From Trichomonas gallinae (lineage: Eukaryota): a stretch of DNA of 64,000 bases. A program made the position numbers and the translations under genes. Numbering within the stretch: the first letter of the stretch is position 1; each line of letters starts with the position of its first letter. Positions 11,901-20,590 of the stretch are shown piece by piece. The stretch spans positions 1 to 64,000 of the forward strand of contig MRSU01002006.1 of NCBI GenBank assembly GCA_008369845.1, written 5' to 3'. The notes beneath the pieces were generated by a model. That model was not told where the DNA came from and did not search any database. It worked only from the letters and a program-made list of their open reading frames with translations.

Positions 11901-13095
11901 AGCAGATTCTAATTTCATCAATAAAATGATTCCAGATGTTGTCCTTCTGAGAACTTGTGCGAACTTGCTGGTTGATCCAAGTCCAGAGTCTGCACTCAAC
12001 TTCGTTGTTCCTGATGGCCTCGAGCCTGATATATTGGCATCGCTTGTCACAGGTTTTGCAATTGCTTGCGGCATCAAATTCGCTGGAACAATGCTGGATA
12101 AAGCCTACGACAGATTGATGACAATCGCGAAATGTTTGGCACTTTTCAGCAAGACACCATTCGATTTCACTGACTGCACAACACTTCACAGAGAAGTATG
12201 CTTGTGCAATGTCATACTTGCAACATCATTTATCGTTGCTGGAACTTGTGATGCTGGATTTTTGAGATTTGTCAGACTCATAAGGAGGCGTCCATGCATG
12301 ACAAGTCAGCAGTTGTTTGTCAGCGGTCAGCAGGCAGCTTTAGCCATGGCTGTTGGCACGCTGAACCTCGGCAAAGGTAGATTTACCCTTGGACGCACAA
12401 ATCAAGCATCAGCGATGTTGTTGCTTGCAGCATATCCGAGAATCGCGAGATCTTGCGGTGACAATGAGAATTCATTGCAAACAATGAGACATTTGATCAA
12501 CGCAGCAGCAGTTCCAAGAGTTCTTGAAGTCAGAGATGTTGACACAGATGATATAGTTGTCATGAAGATCACGCTTAAATTAAAGGATGGAGTCCCATTC
12601 AAGATCCACACTCCGCATGTTTTACCTCCTTTCGAAGATATCAACGAAATGATTGTAGAAGATGATAGATTCTATAAAGTCCATTTCACAAAGATTCCAT
12701 TCGAAGATGAGTCGATTCGTCCAATCCTTTGGGTAAAGAAACGCTCAGAAACACAGTCTTACGGAGAATGCGACAGCGAAAATCTCAGAGCAATTTTAAA
12801 GATGAAGACAAATAAAATATTTGACTTCACAACAACAGACAGAGATGAAATGATCCGCTTACAGCATGAAGTTGAGTTTGACAACAATGCTGACGCAATT
12901 GTTAAATACTTCAGAGAGACAGATAGTGCAAACAGGCTCAAAATATTGCACGAAAATCCAAGCGTCAGGAAATTCATCAAGTTCTATGGAATTTCACCAG
13001 CTATATCAATTACTGAAATCGGAATCTGTGATGATGACGCTCTTGCATTCTTAGTGCCATTCATGACACCAGAGGAAATTGGTCAAGCTGTATAA
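8971..13095 (+). CDS. APC1: Anaphase-promoting complex subunit 1
   Basis: 1374 aa. N-terminal IPLPFPISRIF and LFTLFHPLEEIRPV; DLRFLEVERLLQS; SLSIGRGMF; WAQFNNGVSDGLR; PC-repeat region GLGVSYRGTKD...LLTMHIP...GIGLLFEGSANRHLTE; LQTMRHL. Confidence 0.9.
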   Translation: MLKIISDFKPFGVERLQCNPSLIESRFYDDGMEIDWLNNEIIWSKNRCLLHHLTMSANIKDAVICTVDTTRYLAVLYEGGLTLFSFSGQAYMIPLPFPISRIFALHKAILLVRAQCSSFLQNQFSDFPILFTLFHPLEEIRPVAFNDTLSKQFHPKFTTIMSPSPRRNHQVPLKTEDTLCFITDNNFMPLHVSNERVYMVAKTNDVATVYKFIEPTSSRELLFSSPHFRRSPSIFSPPRPYTGLSSPGTDARNEIQATLEGIPPDLFIESLYDFKFNTNTEYSSFCEISDGSRKYLLFVHEGVLDAVDISYVDTYKASRWMTNIHQVLYYDQLMYFVVDDAGNLSLFEENRMIAHLPTTHVVGIHKLGKRFILDYQSGERQLVTINITVDKLISQVLGVAHFSISKDNYATTILALSECGALSDQQIFFDCLLNLLVNIEDESELINFFTALHLLSEDMKIRIGCEDERKRLMVLLIRLAKRVGMVNHLLYYALSSEEEITLEDCVKNDKFGDTDVHDLINWCSQCISGKALVEIPSPFQLSQKVIKVFGSVHTAEDAKTIVVLSEREKLTLSQIVNLQPALCAPLLRIFQLTRDSPPEDWPIAAYRLIGRDDIAKLHEYIKQPFDNLNSPQASLPDLRFLEVERLLQSHLPVTIDVERPNGTDDIVYQSMMVGKLRILLEKQWSLSIGRGMFNLKSMNPLPSQKLVPEKLNKVGYTTNGTEIVDTDDAAQQQAENVAAQTWAQFNNGVSDGLRVCDAGHSWIVDTISKEYTPYSAGILYGFAINGLLKKLWKVDIFQYLTSPDIKEINAIAMVFGLGVSYRGTKDLGISHLLTMHIPELRQFQQSDYEMSSLIKSAAIFGIGLLFEGSANRHLTEVFAQLLEKSAIFDLTTLPLSLGSAIGLISLGMGDKSPVLKETRERLCIILDGSKTADVSNDKIATFGNSDFFAIAPAAIFVLALGYMRTGHKRVQSALELPADSNFINKMIPDVVLLRTCANLLVDPSPESALNFVVPDGLEPDILASLVTGFAIACGIKFAGTMLDKAYDRLMTIAKCLALFSKTPFDFTDCTTLHREVCLCNVILATSFIVAGTCDAGFLRFVRLIRRRPCMTSQQLFVSGQQAALAMAVGTLNLGKGRFTLGRTNQASAMLLLAAYPRIARSCGDNENSLQTMRHLINAAAVPRVLEVRDVDTDDIVVMKITLKLKDGVPFKIHTPHVLPPFEDINEMIVEDDRFYKVHFTKIPFEDESIRPILWVKKRSETQSYGECDSENLRAILKMKTNKIFDFTTTDRDEMIRLQHEVEFDNNADAIVKYFRETDSANRLKILHENPSVRKFIKFYGISPAISITEIGICDDDALAFLVPFMTPEEIGQAV

Positions 13096-13436
13096 TGTTA
13101 ATAAAAATAATTTGTTAATTTTCATTTCGAGTTTTTTTTTTTCATGTCGTTGATGATGCCAATCATATTGATTTATCAATGACCAAACACTTATTTTTTC
13201 TTGTAGCAGAGTCGACAATAACAAAAAGCTTCACACACTGTTATCATTGAAAATCTAATACACACAACAAAAATATCTTCATGGAGGCAAGATGGTGTTA
13301 TTTTCGCAATCAGATATTCTAGCAAAGGCCGGCTGATTCTGCAACAAGAGAATTTTGATGATAAGGAAAGCAAAATCTAACAGCTTCCAAATGTAAACTA
13401 TTTTAAATCTGAGAATATGCCATGTAACCAATAATT

Positions 13437-13633
13437 TTGACAAAATTCCATGTAAATATTAATAATCTGACACCATTCCATGTAAACAATAAAAGACCTG
13501 ACAGAATTCCTTGTAAACAATAATATTTCGACAAAATTCCATGTAAACAGTAAAAGACCTGACAGAATTCCATGCAAACAGTAAAAGATCTGACATCATT
13601 CCATGTAAACAGTAAAAGATCTGACATGTTAAA
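13437..13633. repeat. Tandem minisatellite: six 30-31-bp units plus a partial unit, immediately upstream of the Rab gene
   Basis: Units start at 13437, 13467, 13498, 13528, 13559, 13590 and 13621 (partial). Consensus is approximately CTGACAnAATTCCATGTAAACARTAAAAGAY. Confidence 0.9.
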
Positions 13634-13671
13634 TTTGGGAATTTGAGATCCGATTTTTGCCATGTTTAGTT

Positions 13672-14241
13672 ATGAGTGAAATCCACGCGAAAGTTGTGGT
13701 TATTGGTGACTCTACTGTTGGCAAAACATCAATAATTCATGCATACAAAAACGAAACTGTTGATATTAATCAAGGCGCAACTGTCGGATTCGCGCGAACT
13801 GATTTTGAAAAAAACGTCAATGAGCAGAAGATAATCTTAGATGTCTATGATACAGCTGGACAAGAAAGATATCGTAGTCTTGGACCGATTTATTATAGAG
13901 ATGCAAGATATGCAATCGCTGTTTGCGATTTAACACGAACAGATACACTTACTTCGTTGGATACATGGATACAAGTTTTCAGAGAATCGACTGAGGATTC
14001 GTTTGTTTATGTTGTAGCAAATAAATGCGATCTTAAAGATGAAATAAAAATTTCTATGGATATATTAACACAATTTGCTCAAGATCATGATGCACAATTG
14101 TTTTACACTTCGGCAGTTACAGGTGAAGGCATAGATTCTGTTTTCAATTATCTTTTTATGCATTTTTCGAATATTCATAAAGGCTCCGGCGGCATTAAAC
14201 TATCAGCAACGAAAAAGTCAAAGAACGATCCATGTTGTTAA
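13672..14241 (+). CDS. Rab-family small GTPase
   Basis: GDSTVGKT, DTAGQERY, NKCD and TSA motifs, with C-terminal CC prenylation signal. Start at first ATG (MSEIH). Confidence 0.95.
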   Translation: MSEIHAKVVVIGDSTVGKTSIIHAYKNETVDINQGATVGFARTDFEKNVNEQKIILDVYDTAGQERYRSLGPIYYRDARYAIAVCDLTRTDTLTSLDTWIQVFRESTEDSFVYVVANKCDLKDEIKISMDILTQFAQDHDAQLFYTSAVTGEGIDSVFNYLFMHFSNIHKGSGGIKLSATKKSKNDPCC

Positions 14242-14408
14242 TTTTTGTGCGATGTTTTATTAAATTTTTTTTTGTATCAATTGTAAGTTCTAACCTATAC
14301 CAATATAAAATATATGGCATATAGAATATGCTATCATCTGCTCTATTGTTTGATTATTGATTAAAAAAATATTCTCGAAATAATTAACATTTTTACACAA
14401 CAACAAAG

Positions 14409-15665
14409 TTATTTGCGAGTTCTCCTTGTGGCAGATGCAGCTCTTTTGTTCTTCTTTTTCGGTGAATCTTTTAGAAGTGGTTTATGATGATCCATGTAGT
14501 ATTGTTTAGCCTGCCTATCACGTTCTTCCTTCTCTTGTTGCCCTTGAAGCTTTAATAAGCTTACTTGTAAAGCATGCAAATAAATTGCAAATTCTTTGGC
14601 CCTTGGTCCAACAACCTTCAAATCCTTTGATATCAAGACCTCATTATCCGTTCCTTCTGGTTCAAAATCTCCTAATGCAAATGTTGGAATTCTTAATTCA
14701 TCTTCTTCTTGAGGAAGAGGCTCACTCATCTTTATTTTAGACTCAGAGAGACTCATACTCGAATCTGATCTCTGTTTTTGACGGCTCTCTTTCGATCTTC
14801 TTTCGAATGAATTAAATGTGTCGTTATTTATCAGCAAATCAACGTGTGGAGCATTTTTACGAATATTATTTGCCATTCTTTCATCCATCTCTTGATTTCC
14901 GGACAAATCAAGAAGCAATAAAGGAATATCACATATTGATTCTCCAATTTCGAAGAGAGCTCTTGTAGAAAAGTTGTTTCGAGGGAAATGCAGTTCAGAA
15001 ATGCAATTCTTAGTATATGTGTCGTTTCCTCCACGAAGGGAAGCCATGTAATTTTGATTTCCTTGTACTGAGTAGTGATAATTTATAATCGATATAATTG
15101 TATAGATTGAATCATCTGTTAATCCACATGCTGAACATCCAAATGATTCAATTCCTTGCTTTTTCGCTAGAGTTGCAATAATTTCAAAATCTTTATCGTA
15201 TAATGGTACATTTTCGAAGTAAATTCTCTTAATCATCGGGCATTCTTTGATAAGTTCAATGAGTTTTTGCATTTCATCTGATGAGAAAAATATCGATCTA
15301 AAAATAATTTCTGTAAGTGATGTTGTTTTTGCAAAAATATGTTTTAGCGCAAGTCTCATGCTCTGCATAGCTTTGTTACTTGCCTTGTAAGCTGAGTTTT
15401 GTAGTAAAACAGGTTCACCTCTCGCGTTTTGCTTAGGTGCAGCCGAATGATTCTGTGGGAATTCGTTTGGATATACTGTCTGGTATGTATCTAATGATAT
15501 GATTAGAGATGTAATATTGTTTTTGCCTTGTTTAACTAATTCAGTTAGAACTCCTTCGTAATCTTTAGCTGGAATCTTGGAGATATCGATTAGCACTTGT
15601 CCCTGCTTGCCAGTAGAATACTTAATAAGTCCATATTTCTTTGTCTTTGGCTCTTTTCCAGACAT
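14409..15665 (-). CDS. RNI-type leucine-rich repeat protein, CEP78-like
   Basis: LRR segments (LTEIIFRSI, IKRIYFENVPL, ACGLTDDS, LLDLSGN). The IISIINYH...YMASLR insert recalls the CEP78 ILKYQ...WAESLR segment (recalled, not aligned). Confidence 0.55.
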   Translation of the reverse strand: MSGKEPKTKKYGLIKYSTGKQGQVLIDISKIPAKDYEGVLTELVKQGKNNITSLIISLDTYQTVYPNEFPQNHSAAPKQNARGEPVLLQNSAYKASNKAMQSMRLALKHIFAKTTSLTEIIFRSIFFSSDEMQKLIELIKECPMIKRIYFENVPLYDKDFEIIATLAKKQGIESFGCSACGLTDDSIYTIISIINYHYSVQGNQNYMASLRGGNDTYTKNCISELHFPRNNFSTRALFEIGESICDIPLLLLDLSGNQEMDERMANNIRKNAPHVDLLINNDTFNSFERRSKESRQKQRSDSSMSLSESKIKMSEPLPQEEDELRIPTFALGDFEPEGTDNEVLISKDLKVVGPRAKEFAIYLHALQVSLLKLQGQQEKEERDRQAKQYYMDHHKPLLKDSPKKKNKRAASATRRTRK

Positions 15666-15813
15666 GAAAAATTGATTCTAAACGTCTTTTTGTAATTTCT
15701 TATTTTTTGATATATTTATGTAGTTCATCTCATAAACATCAACTGTTCACTGATGACTTCATCAAAATTTTGAGAATTTTGGTTTGAATACATAGATATA
15801 ATATAGTAAACCT

Positions 15814-16536
15814 TTATAAAAACTTTAAATCAACAGGAGTAATATCAGATGATCCAATTCTATTAAGTGGATTAGAAACACCGGATGCGGCATCCATAAG
15901 TATCTTCTTTATAAATTCATTGAGTGTTTGCAAATTTTCTTCTTTAAGAAGGCAAAATTCAATACTAGTAACTTGACCAAACAATAAACATTCTGGCTGC
16001 TTCTTGTAGATAAATGCAAGAACTTTAAGCAAAAGTTCTGGATTTTTAAGCAAACTAATTTTATGAATAATTGTTTTTGGTGTAATTTCTTCATCAGTCT
16101 GATCAAAAATAACTGAACACGGCTTGTTTTGTTTTGTTCGCTTTATTTCTGAGTTGATTACTAATGAATTTGAAATATCACGAATTTCTTTTTCAGCAAT
16201 TTGTAAATTTATAATATGTGGTGACATACCAGGGTGGAAATGATCCATAAGTTTCTCGAATTCTAGACTCAAATGCATAGCTGCAGCTCGACGAATACTA
16301 TTTTCTGGGGATCCTTCGTATTCTCGCATAAAAAGCATTCTCATGTCTGATACCCATTCATCTGAACTACTATAAACGTGTTTATCTAGTCTGGATTCGA
16401 TCAAATTTAAAGTAACAGGATTTGATATTGTCTTAGGAATCAAATGTATATTTTCATCCATAAACAGTTTCGAAACAGGTATGCTTTTTATTTCCGTGAG
16501 TATCTTCCTACAAAGAAAATCCTGTTCTTCTATCAT
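15814..16536 (-). CDS. Degenerate bromodomain + ET-like domain protein
   Basis: ISNPVTLNLIESRLDKHVYSSSDEWVSDMRMLF matches bromodomain helices. The C-terminal IIHKISLL..ELLLKVLAFIYKKQP..IEFCLLKEENLQTLNEFI resembles the BET extra-terminal domain. Confidence 0.7.
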   Translation of the reverse strand: MIEEQDFLCRKILTEIKSIPVSKLFMDENIHLIPKTISNPVTLNLIESRLDKHVYSSSDEWVSDMRMLFMREYEGSPENSIRRAAAMHLSLEFEKLMDHFHPGMSPHIINLQIAEKEIRDISNSLVINSEIKRTKQNKPCSVIFDQTDEEITPKTIIHKISLLKNPELLLKVLAFIYKKQPECLLFGQVTSIEFCLLKEENLQTLNEFIKKILMDAASGVSNPLNRIGSSDITPVDLKFL

Positions 16537-17483
16537 TAATATTTTAAATTCCCCCTTATTTAATAAATCACCCCCTTATAATATTTATGACATCATATAT
16601 TTTACATGACAAAAATATATTTTGTAGATAAGAATATATATAATAACTTACTGATCAAATGACAATGACCTATGGCATGAGCAACTTTCGTTAAAGTCTT
16701 TTTGATTAAAAAATTTACCTATTTATTTTCAGCATCATAGCTAGAAATACAGAGCACCTCATCCAATATTACCATAGACTTTTATATAATATACTTATAG
16801 ATGTACATATTAACCTACGACATCGAAGTTCGTTTCACACCACATAGCGAGATATTGAAGCACATAATGAGGAAAAAATTAAACACTTAAATATAATCGT
16901 AATATATATATTTTCTGATTGAAAGATGTATATAATAGCGCATTTAATATGTAGATTTTATGCTGTTTCGAGAAATTCGGAATCAAGTCTCCAAAGTGAT
17001 CATACACTTTCATTACTGTAGATAGTTTCCTGATATTAGAAAATAGCTATTGAAGCAGTAGATATTATTCAATCATAAATATTTCGAAATTCTCCAAAAT
17101 TGACAATTTCAAAAAGTTTAAACGACAAAATTATTGTGTTGGATAAATAGGATGAACATGCTAAGTTTGGAGCTTCAATGTATGCTAGAAAAGTTGCGAA
17201 AAATTGAATAGTTTACTTGGTCGGACTCGCTCCTAATGAAAAAATAGGCAAACATATATGGCATTTGCAATATATTTTAATTAAACAGATAAAAAGATAT
17301 GTCATACAAAAACCCATTAATGCCCCTTTTAACCGAAAATTTTGGAAATCTTTTTAGCATCAGTTCATTTTTCGTTGATAAATCTCTATATTATAGGCTG
17401 TTTTATATATATCTGAGTCCGTAGGTGCTGGTAACGATCATTCGAGTAACAAAGAATTTGGACGATAGACTGTTCAATAGGCT

Positions 17484-19154
17484 ATGGAACAGCTGATTTC
17501 AATAAAGGATGAGGGCATCAAAAAGATGCAAGACAACAATTTCGAGCAAGCAATCGCAAATTTCACACAAATAATCGAAAAACTTGATCCAAAGACCAAT
17601 GAAGAGGCAGTTCTATACATGATTTGCCTCTTGAACAGGTCTGCATGCCACATTCAGCTCCAGAAGTACGACGACGGCATCAATGATGCTAATGCTGTCA
17701 TCAAAATGTACCAGAAGCTCCGCCCAGAGGAAGATCAGCTTAAGATGAACAAGGAGGCAATCGAGAAGGACCCACTTACTGTCCCACTCTCAAATGCTTA
17801 CGTCCGCCGTGGTCAGGCAATGGAACTTCAAGGCAAAATGCTTGATGCTCTCCATGAATATGCTGCTGCATCTTCTCTTAAGATGGACGGTGACGGTCAA
17901 ATCGGCATGAAGAGTGTTCTAGCTAGACTTGGTGTACCAGAGATCAATCAGGCAGATCCAGAACTCCAACAGTTCTCAATGATATTAGTTCATCTTCTCA
18001 GCGAGGTCAATATTCTCACTGCAATCACAAATATGCTCCAATTTCTCACAGAAGGTGACGTTAAAGAGTCATATATCGTCAAATACAATGACACTGGCTG
18101 CTGCAGAATCTTATACGCAGTCATTCAGTTATATATGGATAACGAGATGATTGTTACAGCTGCTATCACAGCTCTCCGTCTTCTCGCTGAGAAGGGAGCT
18201 CAGGACCCATTCAATGGATTCTTAGTTCTCAGAGTTGTCGCAGAACACTGGAAAGCATCGAAGAATGTCATCAGCGATATCATGAAGTTCCTTGCTGGCG
18301 CTCCACTTCAGCTCTTCCCATATCTCGCAAATGCAGATTTCATTCCTGTCTGCATCGAAGCCCTCGACTTCGAACTCGAGAATGCCGACTTCGACAACAT
18401 CTTCTACGTCTTATTCCACCTCGCTTTCGGCGACCAGCAGCTCGTTCAGCTCGGTGCTGAAGGCGCAGTTGAAAAAGCTCTCTCCATCAAAACACGTGCA
18501 TCATTGCTCTTCCTCTCACGCGCTGCCATGTCCGTCGACAACGCCAGAATCATCGAGCGCGAACAGGGCACAATGTGGGCCATCGAAGAAGCTGAGAAGC
18601 ACCAGGACGATGTAATGATCATCGGCGCTGCAGCAGTCATCGCCTCGCAGTTCTTCGTTCTCGCTACTGACGAGCCAAACATCCTCCCGAAGGACGAGCT
18701 CAAGCAGCGTGCCTCGAAGGTCTACGATCTCTTCTTCCCACTCGCAACGAAGTACTCCAAGGATGCAGACGTCATCGCGTCCGTCTTCTCAGCTCTCGCA
18801 TCATGCGCAGAGTATGTAACAGAGATCATCAAGGAGAAGAGAGTCATCCAGGCCGCCTCCGCCATCCTCACACTTCACTTAGAGGATGAGGCCTGCGTTG
18901 TCAATGTTGTCTCACTCCTCTACATGTGCTGCGTCAACGGACTCGTCGAGGATGTCAAGGCAGTCAGATCCGCTGTCCCAACAGTCGTCTCGACACTCAA
19001 GGACCACGCAGATAACTACCCACTCGTTGAGAGAGCTGTCGCCATCGCATGCGAGTGTGATCATCCAAGCAAGAAGGACCTCTTCAACGCTGCCATACAG
19101 CAGCAGCCAGCTTCCCCAATCTTGCTCAAGTACAAGGATAGAATCGAGCAGTAA
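17484..19154 (+). CDS. TPR + armadillo-like repeat protein (UNC-45/TTC12-like architecture)
   Basis: N-terminal carboxylate-clamp-type TPRs (KDEG..NFEQAIANFT, LLNRSACHIQLQKYDDGINDA, AYVRRGQA), followed by a helical ARM-like region. Confidence 0.75.
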   Translation: MEQLISIKDEGIKKMQDNNFEQAIANFTQIIEKLDPKTNEEAVLYMICLLNRSACHIQLQKYDDGINDANAVIKMYQKLRPEEDQLKMNKEAIEKDPLTVPLSNAYVRRGQAMELQGKMLDALHEYAAASSLKMDGDGQIGMKSVLARLGVPEINQADPELQQFSMILVHLLSEVNILTAITNMLQFLTEGDVKESYIVKYNDTGCCRILYAVIQLYMDNEMIVTAAITALRLLAEKGAQDPFNGFLVLRVVAEHWKASKNVISDIMKFLAGAPLQLFPYLANADFIPVCIEALDFELENADFDNIFYVLFHLAFGDQQLVQLGAEGAVEKALSIKTRASLLFLSRAAMSVDNARIIEREQGTMWAIEEAEKHQDDVMIIGAAAVIASQFFVLATDEPNILPKDELKQRASKVYDLFFPLATKYSKDADVIASVFSALASCAEYVTEIIKEKRVIQAASAILTLHLEDEACVVNVVSLLYMCCVNGLVEDVKAVRSAVPTVVSTLKDHADNYPLVERAVAIACECDHPSKKDLFNAAIQQQPASPILLKYKDRIEQ

Positions 19155-19585
19155 AATTTAAAATTATCTGATTTTTTTTATATTATAATCAACGCAAACA
19201 TGTCTCAAATTTCACCAGTTTCTAGGCTCATTTATATTCTAAATAATACATGGAACCAAACAAGCCGTTTCAAAATAATTAAAATAGCAAATATTTTTTC
19301 AAATAGAATATAATTACCATAAACAATTGTATTATCTAGGTGTTCCAGTATATACATTTAGTATACATAAAATCTCAAAATAAAATGTTTGAGAAAATAT
19401 ATATAATTTATATTAGTCAAATGGAAACATTAGATTAATTATCACATAGGCTCAACGATGAGAAAAATCTCTCTCATTACCTTTTTGCTTTGATTTTATT
19501 ATGTTTCTGAGAATAAAAATTGACACTTTACACGTCAGAAATTACAAAATTTTGACAATTTTTCTTTTTCGCATTTAAAATTCAA

Positions 19586-19593
19586 AAAGTGAC
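19586..19593 (+). promoter_or_regulatory. Trichomonas M2 core element AAAGTGAC
   Basis: Exact AAAGTGAC ends 2 nt before the ATG at 19596. Confidence 0.7.
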
Positions 19594-19595
19594 CA

Positions 19596-20165
19596 ATGAA
19601 TTCCGGATTCATCCTCACTGGAGGCTTTGGTCAAAATTCATATTTTAACAGCCTTCAGCCACCTAATCAAGGCCAGCCACCTAGTTTGCTCATTCAGAAT
19701 CCCGGATACGACGCTAGCCAGGATGACTTGGATCACATGAACTCAATAGTTCCAAGGAAACCAGCCAATCAGGATATGCCAGATGAACCAGTTGTAAAGC
19801 GAGGCAGAGGAAGGCCAAGAAAAGATGAAACAGCCCATGTAACAACCGTATCCCCTAGAAATATTAATATATCAGCAATAGCATCTCAAATTAAGCCAGT
19901 ACATACACAAATTGATGGAAAAATACATATATCAATTGACCATCTCATATTAAAAGCAATAGCAGCTTTGGGAACTGATGAAGAGCCTTTCGTTGAGCTG
20001 AAAGACATTGATGATTTTATCAAGGAATTTCGCGATCAAGATCCAATTGTTCTTAAAAAGAAATTCATTAAACCTCATCTCAGCGAGTTGATTAACAACG
20101 GCCTTGTTCATGTTAAAAATCTTGAAGCATTCAAACTTACTGACGCCGGCAAATCATATTTGTAA
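19596..20165 (+). CDS. AT-hook + winged-helix (H15/linker-histone-like) protein
   Basis: Canonical AT-hook KRGRGRPRK. C-terminal IDHLILKAIAALG...LKDIDDFIKE...IKPHLSELINNGLV...AFKLT. Confidence 0.7.
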   Translation: MNSGFILTGGFGQNSYFNSLQPPNQGQPPSLLIQNPGYDASQDDLDHMNSIVPRKPANQDMPDEPVVKRGRGRPRKDETAHVTTVSPRNINISAIASQIKPVHTQIDGKIHISIDHLILKAIAALGTDEEPFVELKDIDDFIKEFRDQDPIVLKKKFIKPHLSELINNGLVHVKNLEAFKLTDAGKSYL

Positions 20166-20590
20166 CTTTAACCTCAATCCTGTGTATTATAATATATTTT
20201 TAAGTAAACGAAAAGCCATAAAAACATTACTGTCTTTATATCAAATACAACTATAGCAATCTACATGAACAATTTAAAATACATGAAACCGAATGATTTT
20301 TTTATTGATTATTTTCATATTCACTAAAACCCAAAAATAAAGGTACAAATTATTAGTAATAGATTAACTATAGATAATTATACAGAAGACAAGTCGAAAA
20401 TAAATAGATTTCTGAATTGAAATAATAAATTTAAACGACATTGAATGTATACTCAAAAGATTTATCTTTAACAGGCGATAAATAGTTATATTTTAGCAGT
20501 AATTTGCTGCGAAATCTTAATACAAATATTATGACACGTAAATAGTTTTACACCGCAAGATTTTTTTTTCCAAATTATTTTGGATATTAT

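Noticed and set aside
13352..13417. Possible C/D snoRNA (TGATGA...CTGA)
   Set aside because: Weak terminal stem and an AT-only guide region with no recognisable rRNA complementarity.
13437..13633. CRISPR-like appearance of the ~31-bp repeat
   Set aside because: Units are head-to-tail with no unique spacers, no cas genes are present, and the context is eukaryotic.
13403..13663. 86-aa minus-strand ORF with repeated LLFTWN
   Set aside because: By-product of translating the 30-31-bp tandem array; the period is not a constant multiple of three.
16740..17160. Possible degenerate BspA/LRR gene fragment
   Set aside because: No sustained reading frame or repeat periodicity could be traced.
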